From: an uncultured Clostridia bacterium
GTDB taxonomy: Bacteria > Bacillota > Clostridia > TANB77 > CAG-508
Length of the DNA stretch: 41,223 bases
Direction: 5' to 3'
Assembly: GCA_944388725.1 (NCBI GenBank)
Contig: CALXJW010000001.1
Coordinates: 1 to 41,223 of the forward strand
Within the stretch, counting starts at the first letter, position 1, and every line of letters begins with the position of its first letter. Both the position numbers and the translations under genes were made by a program. This document shows, in pieces, positions 24,005-32,416 of the stretch. A model generated the notes under the pieces. That model was not told where the DNA came from. It ran no database searches and saw only the letters and a list, made by a program, of their open reading frames with translations.

Positions 24005-26458
24005 ATGATGATATATAAATTTACCAATAAAGCCAAAAAGGTAATAGAAATTGCAAATGATATATCACTAAAATTAGGTCATAATTATATAGGAACAGAA
24101 CATATATTATATGGTTTAGTGAAAGAAAGTGAAGGTATTGGTGCAAAAGTATTAATAAATAAAGGGATTACAGCAGAAAAGGTAGAAAAAAAGATAGAAG
24201 AAATACTTGGGAAAGGAAATGAAATAAAAGAAAGTTTGGGATTTACACCAAGAAGCAAAAAAGTGTTAGAAAATGCCTTTTTAGAGGCAAGAAAGATAGG
24301 ATATAATTTTATTGGAACAGAACATTTATTATTAGCAATTCTAAAGGAATGTGACAGTATAGCAGTTAAAATTATTACAGAATTAAATATAGAAGTTTCA
24401 CAGATATACAATGAAATTGCAAAAGTAATTAATGAAGAAGAAAATGATAAAGAAATAAAAAAGGATGGAAAAATAGGAAGGGGAAGTTTTCTAATAACAA
24501 ATACATTAAATCAATATGGAGAAGATATAACTTTAAAAGCAGAAGAAGGAAAGTTTGATATTATTATAGGCAGAGAAGATGAGATAGAAAGAATAATACA
24601 GATATTGTCAAGAAGAACAAAAAATAATCCATGTTTAATAGGTGAGCCAGGAGTTGGAAAAACAGCTATAATAGAAGGATTAGCAGAAAAGATAGTATCT
24701 GGAGAAGTGCCAGATATATTAAAAGATAAAAGAATTGTAAGTATAGATATTTCGGGAATGGTTGCAGGAACAAAATATAGAGGAGATTTTGAAGAAAGAA
24801 TAAAAAAAGTGTTAGAAGAAGTAAAAAAAGCAGGAGATATAATTTTGTTTATTGATGAAATACATACAATAGTAGGTGCTGGTGCTGCAGAAGGAGCTAT
24901 AGATGCATCTAATATTTTAAAACCATTACTAGCAAGAGGAGAAATACAATTAATAGGAGCGACAACGATAGAAGAATATAGAAAATATATAGAAAAAGAT
25001 TCAGCCTTAGAAAGAAGGTTCAATCAGGTAGATATATTAGAACCAACACAAGAAGAAACAATAGAAATATTAAAAGGAATAAGAGATAGATATGAAGCAC
25101 ATCATAATGTAAAAATTACAGATGAAGCAATAAAATATGCAGTAAAAATGTCAATAAGATATATAACAGATAGATTTTTACCTGATAAAGCAATAGATTT
25201 AATAGATGAAGCTTCTTCACAAGTAAGGATGAGAGTATATACAGAGCCAGTTGAAATAAAAGATTTACAAAGTAAAATTAATATTTTAATAAAAGAAAAA
25301 GAAGAAGCAATATATAATCAAAATTTTGAAAAAGCAGCATCTTTAAGAGATAAAGAGAAAGAAGAAAAAGATAGATTAGAAACAATATTAAATAAATGGA
25401 GATATGATAAAACAAAAAATATAATAGAAATAAAAGGAGAAAACATTGCAGAAATCATATCAAAATGGACAGGAATACCAGTACAAAAATTAAATGAAGA
25501 TGATAATGAAAAGTTAAAACATTTAGAAGAAAAGTTGCATAAAAGAGTAATAGGACAAGATGAAGCAGTAAAAGCAATATCAAAAGCTATTCAAAGAGGA
25601 AGAGTTGGATTAAAAGATCCTAAACGTCCAATTGGTTCATTTTTATTTTTAGGACCAACTGGAGTTGGAAAAACAGAACTTTCAAAAGCATTATCTGAAA
25701 TATTATTTGGAAATGAAAATTCTATGATTAGAATAGACATGTCTGAATATATGGAAGCACATTCTATATCAAAATTAATTGGCGCACCACCAGGTTATAT
25801 AGGTTTTGATGATGGAGGACAATTAACGGAAAAAATTAGAAGAAAACCATATTCAGTAATTTTATTTGATGAAATAGAAAAAGCACATCCAGATGTAATG
25901 AATTTATTATTACAAATATTGGAGGATGGACATTTAACTGATTCACAAGGTAGGAAGGTTGATTTTAAAAATACAATTATAATTATGACATCAAATTTAG
26001 GCGCTAGATATATAACAGAAAAAAAGACTTTGGGATTTGGAAATATTCAAAATGAAAGTAATAATAGAGAATATGAAGAAATAAAAAAAGAAGTAATTAA
26101 TGAATTAAAAAAAGAATTAAGACCAGAGTTTATAAATAGAATAGATGAAATAATAGTATTTCATAAATTGAATAATGAAGAATTAGAAAAAATTGCTGGG
26201 ATAATGTTAAAAGAAATTGAAAATAGGCTTCAAGAACAAAAGATTTATGTTGAAATAGATTCAAGTGTAGCAAAGTTAATATCTAATAAAGATATAGATA
26301 AAAATTTTGGAGCAAGACCATTACGAAGAATAATTAAAGATATAGTAGAAAACAGAATATCGGAAGAAATAATAAATGGAAATATAAAAAAAGAGAAAAA
26401 ATGTATTGTTTTTTCAGAAAATGATGAAATAAAAATAAAGATGGGTATTATGAATTAG
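24005..26458 (+). CDS. clpC: ATP-dependent Clp protease ATP-binding subunit ClpC
   Basis: Two Clp_N repeats (NYIGTEHILYGL and NFIGTEHLLLAI) are present. Motifs are Walker A GEPGVGKTAI and GPTGVGKTEL, the UVR-like NQNFEKAASLRDKEKE and the sensor region GARPLRR. Confidence 0.92.
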   Translation: MMIYKFTNKAKKVIEIANDISLKLGHNYIGTEHILYGLVKESEGIGAKVLINKGITAEKVEKKIEEILGKGNEIKESLGFTPRSKKVLENAFLEARKIGYNFIGTEHLLLAILKECDSIAVKIITELNIEVSQIYNEIAKVINEEENDKEIKKDGKIGRGSFLITNTLNQYGEDITLKAEEGKFDIIIGREDEIERIIQILSRRTKNNPCLIGEPGVGKTAIIEGLAEKIVSGEVPDILKDKRIVSIDISGMVAGTKYRGDFEERIKKVLEEVKKAGDIILFIDEIHTIVGAGAAEGAIDASNILKPLLARGEIQLIGATTIEEYRKYIEKDSALERRFNQVDILEPTQEETIEILKGIRDRYEAHHNVKITDEAIKYAVKMSIRYITDRFLPDKAIDLIDEASSQVRMRVYTEPVEIKDLQSKINILIKEKEEAIYNQNFEKAASLRDKEKEEKDRLETILNKWRYDKTKNIIEIKGENIAEIISKWTGIPVQKLNEDDNEKLKHLEEKLHKRVIGQDEAVKAISKAIQRGRVGLKDPKRPIGSFLFLGPTGVGKTELSKALSEILFGNENSMIRIDMSEYMEAHSISKLIGAPPGYIGFDDGGQLTEKIRRKPYSVILFDEIEKAHPDVMNLLLQILEDGHLTDSQGRKVDFKNTIIIMTSNLGARYITEKKTLGFGNIQNESNNREYEEIKKEVINELKKELRPEFINRIDEIIVFHKLNNEELEKIAGIMLKEIENRLQEQKIYVEIDSSVAKLISNKDIDKNFGARPLRRIIKDIVENRISEEIINGNIKKEKKCIVFSENDEIKIKMGIMN

Positions 26459-26467
26459 ATACCCATC
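26440..26467. terminator. Hairpin embedded in the overlapping 3' ends of two convergent genes (possible bidirectional terminator)
   Basis: GATGGGTAT (26440-26448) pairs perfectly with ATACCCATC (26459-26467). The clpC stop is at 26456-26458, and the opposing gene ends at 26448. Confidence 0.5.
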
Positions 26468-26783
26468 TATTAATTTTTATTTCTTTATATTTTTTTAGAA
26501 CTTCATCATATTTTTTAAATTCATCTTCCCAGATTATATTTGGAATTTTATCAAAAGCTTTGAAAACTTTTTCTGCTTCTAATAAATATACGACTTGTTG
26601 CTGAGGAGATAGAGTTTTATATTTTTTTGAAAATTCATATAATTTATCTAATATTTGGTTTGCTTCTATAAAGCTCCAAAAGTCTTTTACATCTATGCCG
26701 GCTAATTTAATTTGCATTACAGCATATGCACATAATGCAAATATTATAAATATTAAAATATATATAATAGCTAATAATGCCAT
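26448..26783 (-). CDS. Hypothetical membrane-anchored protein (111 aa)
   Basis: An N-terminal TM helix (ALLAIIYILIFIIFALCAYAV) is followed by a charged helical domain. An SD (GAGAGGTG) precedes the ATG. Confidence 0.55.
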   Translation of the reverse strand: MALLAIIYILIFIIFALCAYAVMQIKLAGIDVKDFWSFIEANQILDKLYEFSKKYKTLSPQQQVVYLLEAEKVFKAFDKIPNIIWEDEFKKYDEVLKKYKEIKINRWVSNS

Positions 26784-26818
26784 TTATTTCACCTCTCTAT
26801 GTACATAGTACAATACCT

Positions 26819-26847
26819 ATTATAGCATATTTTTCTAATAAATGCAA
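26819..26847 (-). promoter_or_regulatory. Extended -10 sigma-A promoter for the 111-aa gene
   Basis: On the minus strand the sequence reads TTGCAT (26842-26847), a 17-nt spacer, then TGcTATAAT (26819-26827). Confidence 0.55.
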
Positions 26848-26886
26848 ATGTTAGAAAAATATGATAGTGTAAATGTAATTTTTTTA

Positions 26887-26936
26887 TTGACAAACAACAA
26901 TAAAAAGAGTAAGATGTTAGCATGCTCTAACATCTT
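26887..26936 (+). promoter_or_regulatory. Sigma-A promoter of the CDF transporter gene with a 10-bp-arm inverted repeat over the -10/+1 region (candidate repressor operator)
   Basis: TTGACA (26887-26892), a 17-nt spacer, then TAAGAT (26910-26915). The inverted repeat is AAGATGTTAG (26911-26920) and CTAACATCTT (26927-26936), separated by CATGCT. Confidence 0.5.
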
Positions 26937-26983
26937 TTTTAAACTTTGGAGCAAAGACATACAAATTGAAAGAAGGAATAAAA

Positions 26984-27862
26984 ATGGACGAAAGATTTGA
27001 AATAACAAAAAGAACAGGAATAGTTGGTATAATAGGAAATATATTTTTATTAGTAATAAAAGCAACAGTAGGTTTTGCAAGTAAAAGCCAATCAATGATA
27101 GCAGATAGTGTAAATAGTGCAGGAGATATATTTGCATCATTAATGACATTTATAGGGAATAAAATAGCAAGTGTACCAGGAGATGAAGACCATAATTTTG
27201 GACATGGAAAAGCAGAATATATATTTTCAATGTTTATAGCAATATCAATGATATTTGTATCAATCAAAATGATAATAGATGCAATTATAGCACTATTTAA
27301 AGGAAATGAAATAATATTCTCATGGTGGTTAGTATTAGTAAGTATTATAACAATAATAACAAAATTAAGCTTATTTATATATACGAAAGCAATGTATAAA
27401 AAATATAATAATATATTATTAGAAGCAAATATGGAAGACCATAGAAATGATTGTATTATAACAACATTTACATTAATTTCTATATTACTAACATTAAAAG
27501 GAATCAATTGGTTTGATAGTATTGTTGGAATTGGTATTTCAGCTTGGATATGTAAAACAGGAATTGGAATATTTATAGAGAGCTATAATGTTTTAATGGA
27601 TGTGTCTATAGATGAAAATACAAAAGATACAATCTTAGATTTAATACATGCATATAAAGAAGTAAAAGAAATAAATGAAATTTCATCAACACCTGTAGGA
27701 TACCAATATATAGTGTTTTTAACAATCTCAGTAGATGGAAATATGACAACATACGAAAGTCATAAATTAGCAGATGGACTGGAAAAGAATATAACCGGAT
27801 TAGAAAATGTATATAAAGCTATTGTACATGTAGAACCATTTGTAGAAAAAGAAAATGAGTAG
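26984..27862 (+). CDS. Cation diffusion facilitator family metal efflux transporter
   Basis: Six TM segments carry the metal-site motifs ADSVNSAGD (TM2) and MEDHRND (TM5), plus HNFGHGKAE and a C-terminal cytoplasmic domain. The ATG at 26984 has GAAGGA 6 nt upstream. Confidence 0.85.
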   Translation: MDERFEITKRTGIVGIIGNIFLLVIKATVGFASKSQSMIADSVNSAGDIFASLMTFIGNKIASVPGDEDHNFGHGKAEYIFSMFIAISMIFVSIKMIIDAIIALFKGNEIIFSWWLVLVSIITIITKLSLFIYTKAMYKKYNNILLEANMEDHRNDCIITTFTLISILLTLKGINWFDSIVGIGISAWICKTGIGIFIESYNVLMDVSIDENTKDTILDLIHAYKEVKEINEISSTPVGYQYIVFLTISVDGNMTTYESHKLADGLEKNITGLENVYKAIVHVEPFVEKENE

Positions 27863-27880
27863 ATTAATCTACTCATTTTT
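27857..27880. terminator. Bidirectional terminator between the CDF and SPFH genes
   Basis: GAGTAGA-TTAA-TCTACTC (27857-27874) is a perfect palindrome containing the CDF stop codon. It is flanked by A-rich sequence on the 5' side and ATTTTT on the 3' side. Confidence 0.7.
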
Positions 27881-27885
27881 GTATA

Positions 27886-28785
27886 TTATTTCTTATCTGT
27901 AAAAATTTCTTTAGCAGCGCCTAAACTACTTAAAGCACTTGTTGCTTCAAAAGGAATGAATACTTTATTAGCATCACCTTTTGCAATTTCTTCTAATGCT
28001 TCAAGAGATTTAATTTGAACTAATTTTTCATCTGGGTCAGCAGATTTTATAGCATCATAAACCATTGAGATTTCTTTGGCTTTTGCTTCTGCTACAGCTT
28101 TAATTGCCTGAGCCTCACCGGCTGCTCTTCTAATTCTAGCTTCTCTATCAGCATCTGCTTCTAATATAGCGGCAGCTTTTTTACCTTCTGCAATAGTAAC
28201 AGCAGATTGCCTTTGAGCTTCAGCTTCTAATATTAAAGCTCTTTTATTTCGTTCTGCATTCATTTGTTTTTCCATTGCATCTCTAATATCTGCAGGTGGT
28301 GTAATATCTTTAATTTCAACTCTATCAATTTTGCAACCCCATCTATCAGTAGCTTCATCAAGTATAGTTCTTAATTGAGAGTTAATTCCATCTCTAGAAC
28401 TAAATGTTGAATCTAAATCCATTTTACCAACAATATCACGAATTGTAGTAATTGCTAAATATTCAATACCTTTCTTTAGATTTTGAATTTCGTAAACAGC
28501 TTTTGCTGGATCTGTTATTTGATAAAATACTACTGTATCAATAGTAATTGTAACATTATCCTTAGTAATAACTCCCTGAGGTGGAACGTCCATTGTTTGT
28601 TGTTTTAAGCTTACAACACTTCTTACATGATCAAAAAATGGAATAATAATTGTAAGACCGGCATCAGCAACTTTATGAAATTTACCTAACCTTTCTATAA
28701 TATAAACCTCAGATTGTCTAACAACTTTAATTGATTTAACTGCTATGATAATTATTAAAACTAATAAAATAATTAAAAATGGCAT
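27886..28785 (-). CDS. SPFH/band-7 (stomatin/slipin-like) membrane protein
   Basis: An N-terminal TM segment is followed by VVRQSEVYIIERLGKF... and an Ala/Glu-rich coiled coil (EAEAQRQSAVTIAEGKKAAAILEADADREARIRRAAGEAQA). The start at MPFLII (28785) has AGGAGG 5 nt upstream. Confidence 0.88.
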   Translation of the reverse strand: MPFLIILLVLIIIIAVKSIKVVRQSEVYIIERLGKFHKVADAGLTIIIPFFDHVRSVVSLKQQTMDVPPQGVITKDNVTITIDTVVFYQITDPAKAVYEIQNLKKGIEYLAITTIRDIVGKMDLDSTFSSRDGINSQLRTILDEATDRWGCKIDRVEIKDITPPADIRDAMEKQMNAERNKRALILEAEAQRQSAVTIAEGKKAAAILEADADREARIRRAAGEAQAIKAVAEAKAKEISMVYDAIKSADPDEKLVQIKSLEALEEIAKGDANKVFIPFEATSALSSLGAAKEIFTDKK

Positions 28786-28836
28786 AAATTCCTCCTTCTG
28801 ACAAAAAATTGTCAATATATATTAAAATATAAAAAA

Positions 28837-29277
28837 CTAATTATGTGTAACGACTTTTATTGGTGTAACAAAAGCTTTTACTCCATCTATACGAGTAATT
28901 TGAACTTCACTATCTTTTGGTATATCAATTTGTTCATCTGTTTTTGCAGACCATACTTCGCCATCACATTTTATTTGACCTTTTCCAGTGGACCAATCAA
29001 TATCTTCAATTACAATGGCTTTTTTTCCTACTAAAGAATAAACATTAGTTGGCATAACATCTTTTTTTGTTATTTTGTTTACAAAAGGCCTTGTCGCAAA
29101 TATAAGTAAACCAGAAGATATAACAAAAACCGAAGTTTGAACAATTATGCTACTTGTAAAAAAACTTACAATCATAGCCAATAAACTTCCAATAGCTAGC
29201 CAAAAAACTAAAAATCCTATTGTAGCAATTTCAATTATTAAAAAAATACCAGAAGCAATTAACCAAATTTGCCACAT
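28837..29277 (-). CDS. NfeD-family membrane protein (OB-fold C-terminus), partner of the SPFH protein
   Basis: Several TM helices are followed by the soluble C-terminal domain GKKAIVIEDIDWSTGKGQIKCDGEVWSAK. The gene lies directly upstream of the SPFH gene. The start at MWQIW (29277) has GGAGG 7 nt upstream. Confidence 0.8.
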   Translation of the reverse strand: MWQIWLIASGIFLIIEIATIGFLVFWLAIGSLLAMIVSFFTSSIIVQTSVFVISSGLLIFATRPFVNKITKKDVMPTNVYSLVGKKAIVIEDIDWSTGKGQIKCDGEVWSAKTDEQIDIPKDSEVQITRIDGVKAFVTPIKVVTHN

Positions 29278-29420
29278 ATAAAAACCTCCTTTTATAACTA
29301 AACTAAACATCACAATAATATTATACTATAAAGTTAATAAAAATCAAAGAGATTTATTAAAAATTATTGTAAAATTAGGAAAAAAATGATAATATAAGAA
29401 AAAACAAGGAGATATGAAAT

Positions 29421-29924
29421 ATGAACAAGAGAAAAAATAAAGGGATAACAATAATTTCTTTGACCATCACAATAATATTGTTATTAATTATTGCATCAAT
29501 AACAGTATCTATAGGAATGAATTCATTAAAAGATTCAAAGGAAAATCTTAAATTATCAGAATTAAATATGGTACAACAGGCAGTTTTAGAAAATTACACA
29601 AAATATAAAACAACTAATAATGATATATATATATTAGGAAATCAAGTATCATATTCTGATATGCAAACTTTAATAAGTGAAATTAATAGTAAAAATACAA
29701 CAGGAGAGAATATAACATTAAAAGTATCAGATTATACATCAGGAGCATTAGATATATCAATATATTATTATGAATTATCACAAGAGGATTTAGAAAAAAT
29801 GGGAATTTCAGATACAGATGAAACATATATTGTAAATTTTAGTACAGGTGAAGTAATTAATAAAACATTAAAAGTTACAGGAAGTGGTAAACCATTATAT
29901 ACACATGCAATGGATTTAAGATAA
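29421..29924 (+). CDS. Type IV pilin / pseudopilin-like protein with a non-canonical N-terminus
   Basis: A basic leader (MNKRKNKG) is followed by a hydrophobic helix, ITIISLTITIILLLIIASITV, resembling the class III signal G/FTLIE. Ser replaces Glu at position +5. The product is 167 aa with an AAGGAG SD. Confidence 0.5.
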   Translation: MNKRKNKGITIISLTITIILLLIIASITVSIGMNSLKDSKENLKLSELNMVQQAVLENYTKYKTTNNDIYILGNQVSYSDMQTLISEINSKNTTGENITLKVSDYTSGALDISIYYYELSQEDLEKMGISDTDETYIVNFSTGEVINKTLKVTGSGKPLYTHAMDLR

Positions 29925-29951
29925 TTCTATGGAAAGGATTGTGATTTTATT

Positions 29952-30851
29952 TTGGATATACAAGAAATAGAAAAAATAATTCCTAAAGATAAAATATACA
30001 TAAATGAACCTATGAAAGCCCATACAAGTTTCAAAATAGGTGGACCTGCTGAATGTTTTATAAAAATTGAAAAAGTAGAACAGTTACAAGAAATTTTTAA
30101 AAATATAAAGCATGAACCAATAACTATAATTGGAAATGGCAGTAATATATTAGTTACAGATAGAGGAATTAAAGGAATAGTATTAAAAATAGAAATAAAA
30201 AAACTAGAAATAGAACAAAAAGATGATAAATTTGTTATAAAAGTAGGTAGTGGAAACAAAATAGGAGAAATAGCGCAAAAATTAGCTATTCAAGAAATAA
30301 CGGGATTAGAATTTGCATCAGGTATACCTGGTACAATAGGTGGAGCTATTAGAATGAATGCAGGTGCACATGGTTCAGAGATGAAAGACATTGTAAAAAC
30401 AGTAACATATATGGATAGAAATGGTGAAATATATACTATTTCAAATGAGAAAACAGAATTTGAATACAGGAAAAGCTTATTTTGTAAGAAAGATTACACA
30501 ATATTAGAAACAGAGTTAGAATTATCAAAAGGAAAAAAAGAAGATATAAAAGCTAAAATGAAAGAATATTCAGACTATAGAAAAGAAAAACAACCAATAG
30601 AATATCCAAGCGCTGGAAGTACATTTAAAAGAGGAAAAGATTTTATAACTGCAAAATTAATAGATGAATGCGGATTAAAAGGATATAAAATAGGAGGAGC
30701 ACAAATATCAGAAAAACATGCAGGTTTTATTATAAACACTGGAAATGCAACAGCGCAAGATGTTATAGAATTAATAAAGTATACGAAAGAGCAAGTAAAT
30801 AAAAAATTTGGAAAAGTAATTGAAACAGAAATAGAAATAATAGGAGAATAA
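29952..30851 (+). CDS. murB: UDP-N-acetylenolpyruvoylglucosamine reductase
   Basis: Motifs MKAHTSFKIGGPAE, GNGSNILV, GIPGTIGGAIRMNAGAHG and SAGSTFK are present. The TTG start follows the track and is the only in-frame start upstream of the conserved N-terminus. Confidence 0.88.
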   Translation: MDIQEIEKIIPKDKIYINEPMKAHTSFKIGGPAECFIKIEKVEQLQEIFKNIKHEPITIIGNGSNILVTDRGIKGIVLKIEIKKLEIEQKDDKFVIKVGSGNKIGEIAQKLAIQEITGLEFASGIPGTIGGAIRMNAGAHGSEMKDIVKTVTYMDRNGEIYTISNEKTEFEYRKSLFCKKDYTILETELELSKGKKEDIKAKMKEYSDYRKEKQPIEYPSAGSTFKRGKDFITAKLIDECGLKGYKIGGAQISEKHAGFIINTGNATAQDVIELIKYTKEQVNKKFGKVIETEIEIIGE

Positions 30852-30880
30852 TTAATAAATGACAGAGAGGATGAAAAAAA

Positions 30881-32401
30881 GTGAAAGGAATATTACATTG
30901 GCTTAAATCAAGCTCAAAAATGAAGAGATGGATATTATTAGTTTTAATAGGTATTATACTTACATGTTATGGGATATCTAAAATATTAGTACAAAAAGAA
31001 ATGGAATTTCTAGAGGCAGGAGAAGTAATTGTTGTATTTGTTATAGGTTTTACATTTATTGTTTTGGGTTTAATATCATTAAATAAAAGAAATATGGAAT
31101 TATTTATAGAAGCTACAGATGATAGATTAAAACATGGGAAAAATGTAAATGTTCAATCTTTAATATTTAATAGAAAGATATATGATAGAGGACCTAAAAT
31201 AGTTGCTATAGGAGGAGGTACAGGATTAAATACAGTACTTGCTGGAATGAAAAGATATACAGACAATATAACAGCAATTGTAGCTGTGTCTGAATATGGG
31301 AAAAGACCATCAAACTCTAGACAAGAGTTAGGAACAAATTTACCATTTGACGAAATAAAAGATGGTATAGCAGCATTATCGGCAGATAAAAATGGAGAAT
31401 TAAGTGATTTATTAAATCATGAAATGAAAAGTGAAAGACTTTATGGATTAAAGTTTTCAGATATATATTACACAGCAATGAAAGAAATTTATTGGAATAA
31501 TACAGATGCAATAGAAAAAAGTAACGAAATATTTAATATTGTAGGTAAAGTATTACCAGTAACATCAGAAGAAATGAAAATATGTGCAGAATTAGAAAAT
31601 GGATATGTTGTTGAAGAAAAAGACAAAATACCAGAAATAGTAAATGAAAAAATGACACAAATAAATAGAGTGTATTTAAAACCATCAAATTGTAAACCAG
31701 CACAAGGAGTATTGCAAGCAATAAAAGAAGCAGACAGTATAATAATAGGACCAGGCAGTTTATATACAAATATAATACCAAATCTATTAGTAAATGGTGT
31801 ATCAAAAGCAATAAAAGAAAGTAAAGCAATAAAAATATATGTAAATAATATAATGACAGAACCAGGGCAAACTGATGATTATACAGTAGCTGACCATATA
31901 AAAGCGATAATTGAACATTGTGGAGAAGGTTTAATAGATTACTGTATATATGATACTGGAGAAATTATACCAGAATACATAAAAAAATATAATAGAGAAG
32001 GATCAGATTTAGTAGATCAACAAATCAATTCGCCTGAGTTAAGAAGAATAAAATTTATTAAGAAAAATATATCAACAATAATAGATGGAAAAATAAGACA
32101 TGATGCAAATTTAGTTGCAGAATCAGCAATATCATTGATATGCAATGATTTAAAATATCAAGACAAAGAAAATGATCCAGAATATGTAATGCTAAATGCA
32201 AAATTAAAATCAGATAAAAGAATAAACAAATTAAAAAAAGAAAAAGCAAAAATCGATAAAAAATTAGGGAAAAAAGGAATTGATTCAAACAAAAAAACAA
32301 AGAATAAAAAGCAGAGTAAATTTAGTAATAAATATAGTGAAAGAATAAAATCTATAAAAGAATCAGATGAAAAATACAAAAAAACACATACTCAGAAATA
32401 A
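30881..32401 (+). CDS. YvcK/CofD-family (gluconeogenesis factor-like) protein with an N-terminal membrane anchor and a Lys-rich C-terminal tail
   Basis: The core motifs are IVAIGGGTGLNTVLAGMK and IIIGPGSLYTNIIPNLLV. An N-terminal extension of about 95 aa contains two hydrophobic helices, and the C-terminal tail of about 90 aa is K-rich. The start is GTG, with GAGAGGA upstream. Confidence 0.75.
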   Translation: MKGILHWLKSSSKMKRWILLVLIGIILTCYGISKILVQKEMEFLEAGEVIVVFVIGFTFIVLGLISLNKRNMELFIEATDDRLKHGKNVNVQSLIFNRKIYDRGPKIVAIGGGTGLNTVLAGMKRYTDNITAIVAVSEYGKRPSNSRQELGTNLPFDEIKDGIAALSADKNGELSDLLNHEMKSERLYGLKFSDIYYTAMKEIYWNNTDAIEKSNEIFNIVGKVLPVTSEEMKICAELENGYVVEEKDKIPEIVNEKMTQINRVYLKPSNCKPAQGVLQAIKEADSIIIGPGSLYTNIIPNLLVNGVSKAIKESKAIKIYVNNIMTEPGQTDDYTVADHIKAIIEHCGEGLIDYCIYDTGEIIPEYIKKYNREGSDLVDQQINSPELRRIKFIKKNISTIIDGKIRHDANLVAESAISLICNDLKYQDKENDPEYVMLNAKLKSDKRINKLKKEKAKIDKKLGKKGIDSNKKTKNKKQSKFSNKYSERIKSIKESDEKYKKTHTQK

Positions 32402-32416
32402 CAGAAAGGAATAAAT

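Noticed and set aside
24511-25023. 170-aa minus-strand ORF inside clpC. Similar long antisense ORFs lie at 9648-10097, 26917-27507, 33016-33471, 36418-36882, 29927-30259 and 35584-35877, alongside the many 60-120-aa F/L/S-rich ORFs.
   Set aside because: These are shadow ORFs, expected when K/E/I-rich AT-biased genes are read on the opposite strand. They have low-complexity F/L/S/I composition and no SD, and they are fully nested in confidently identified genes.
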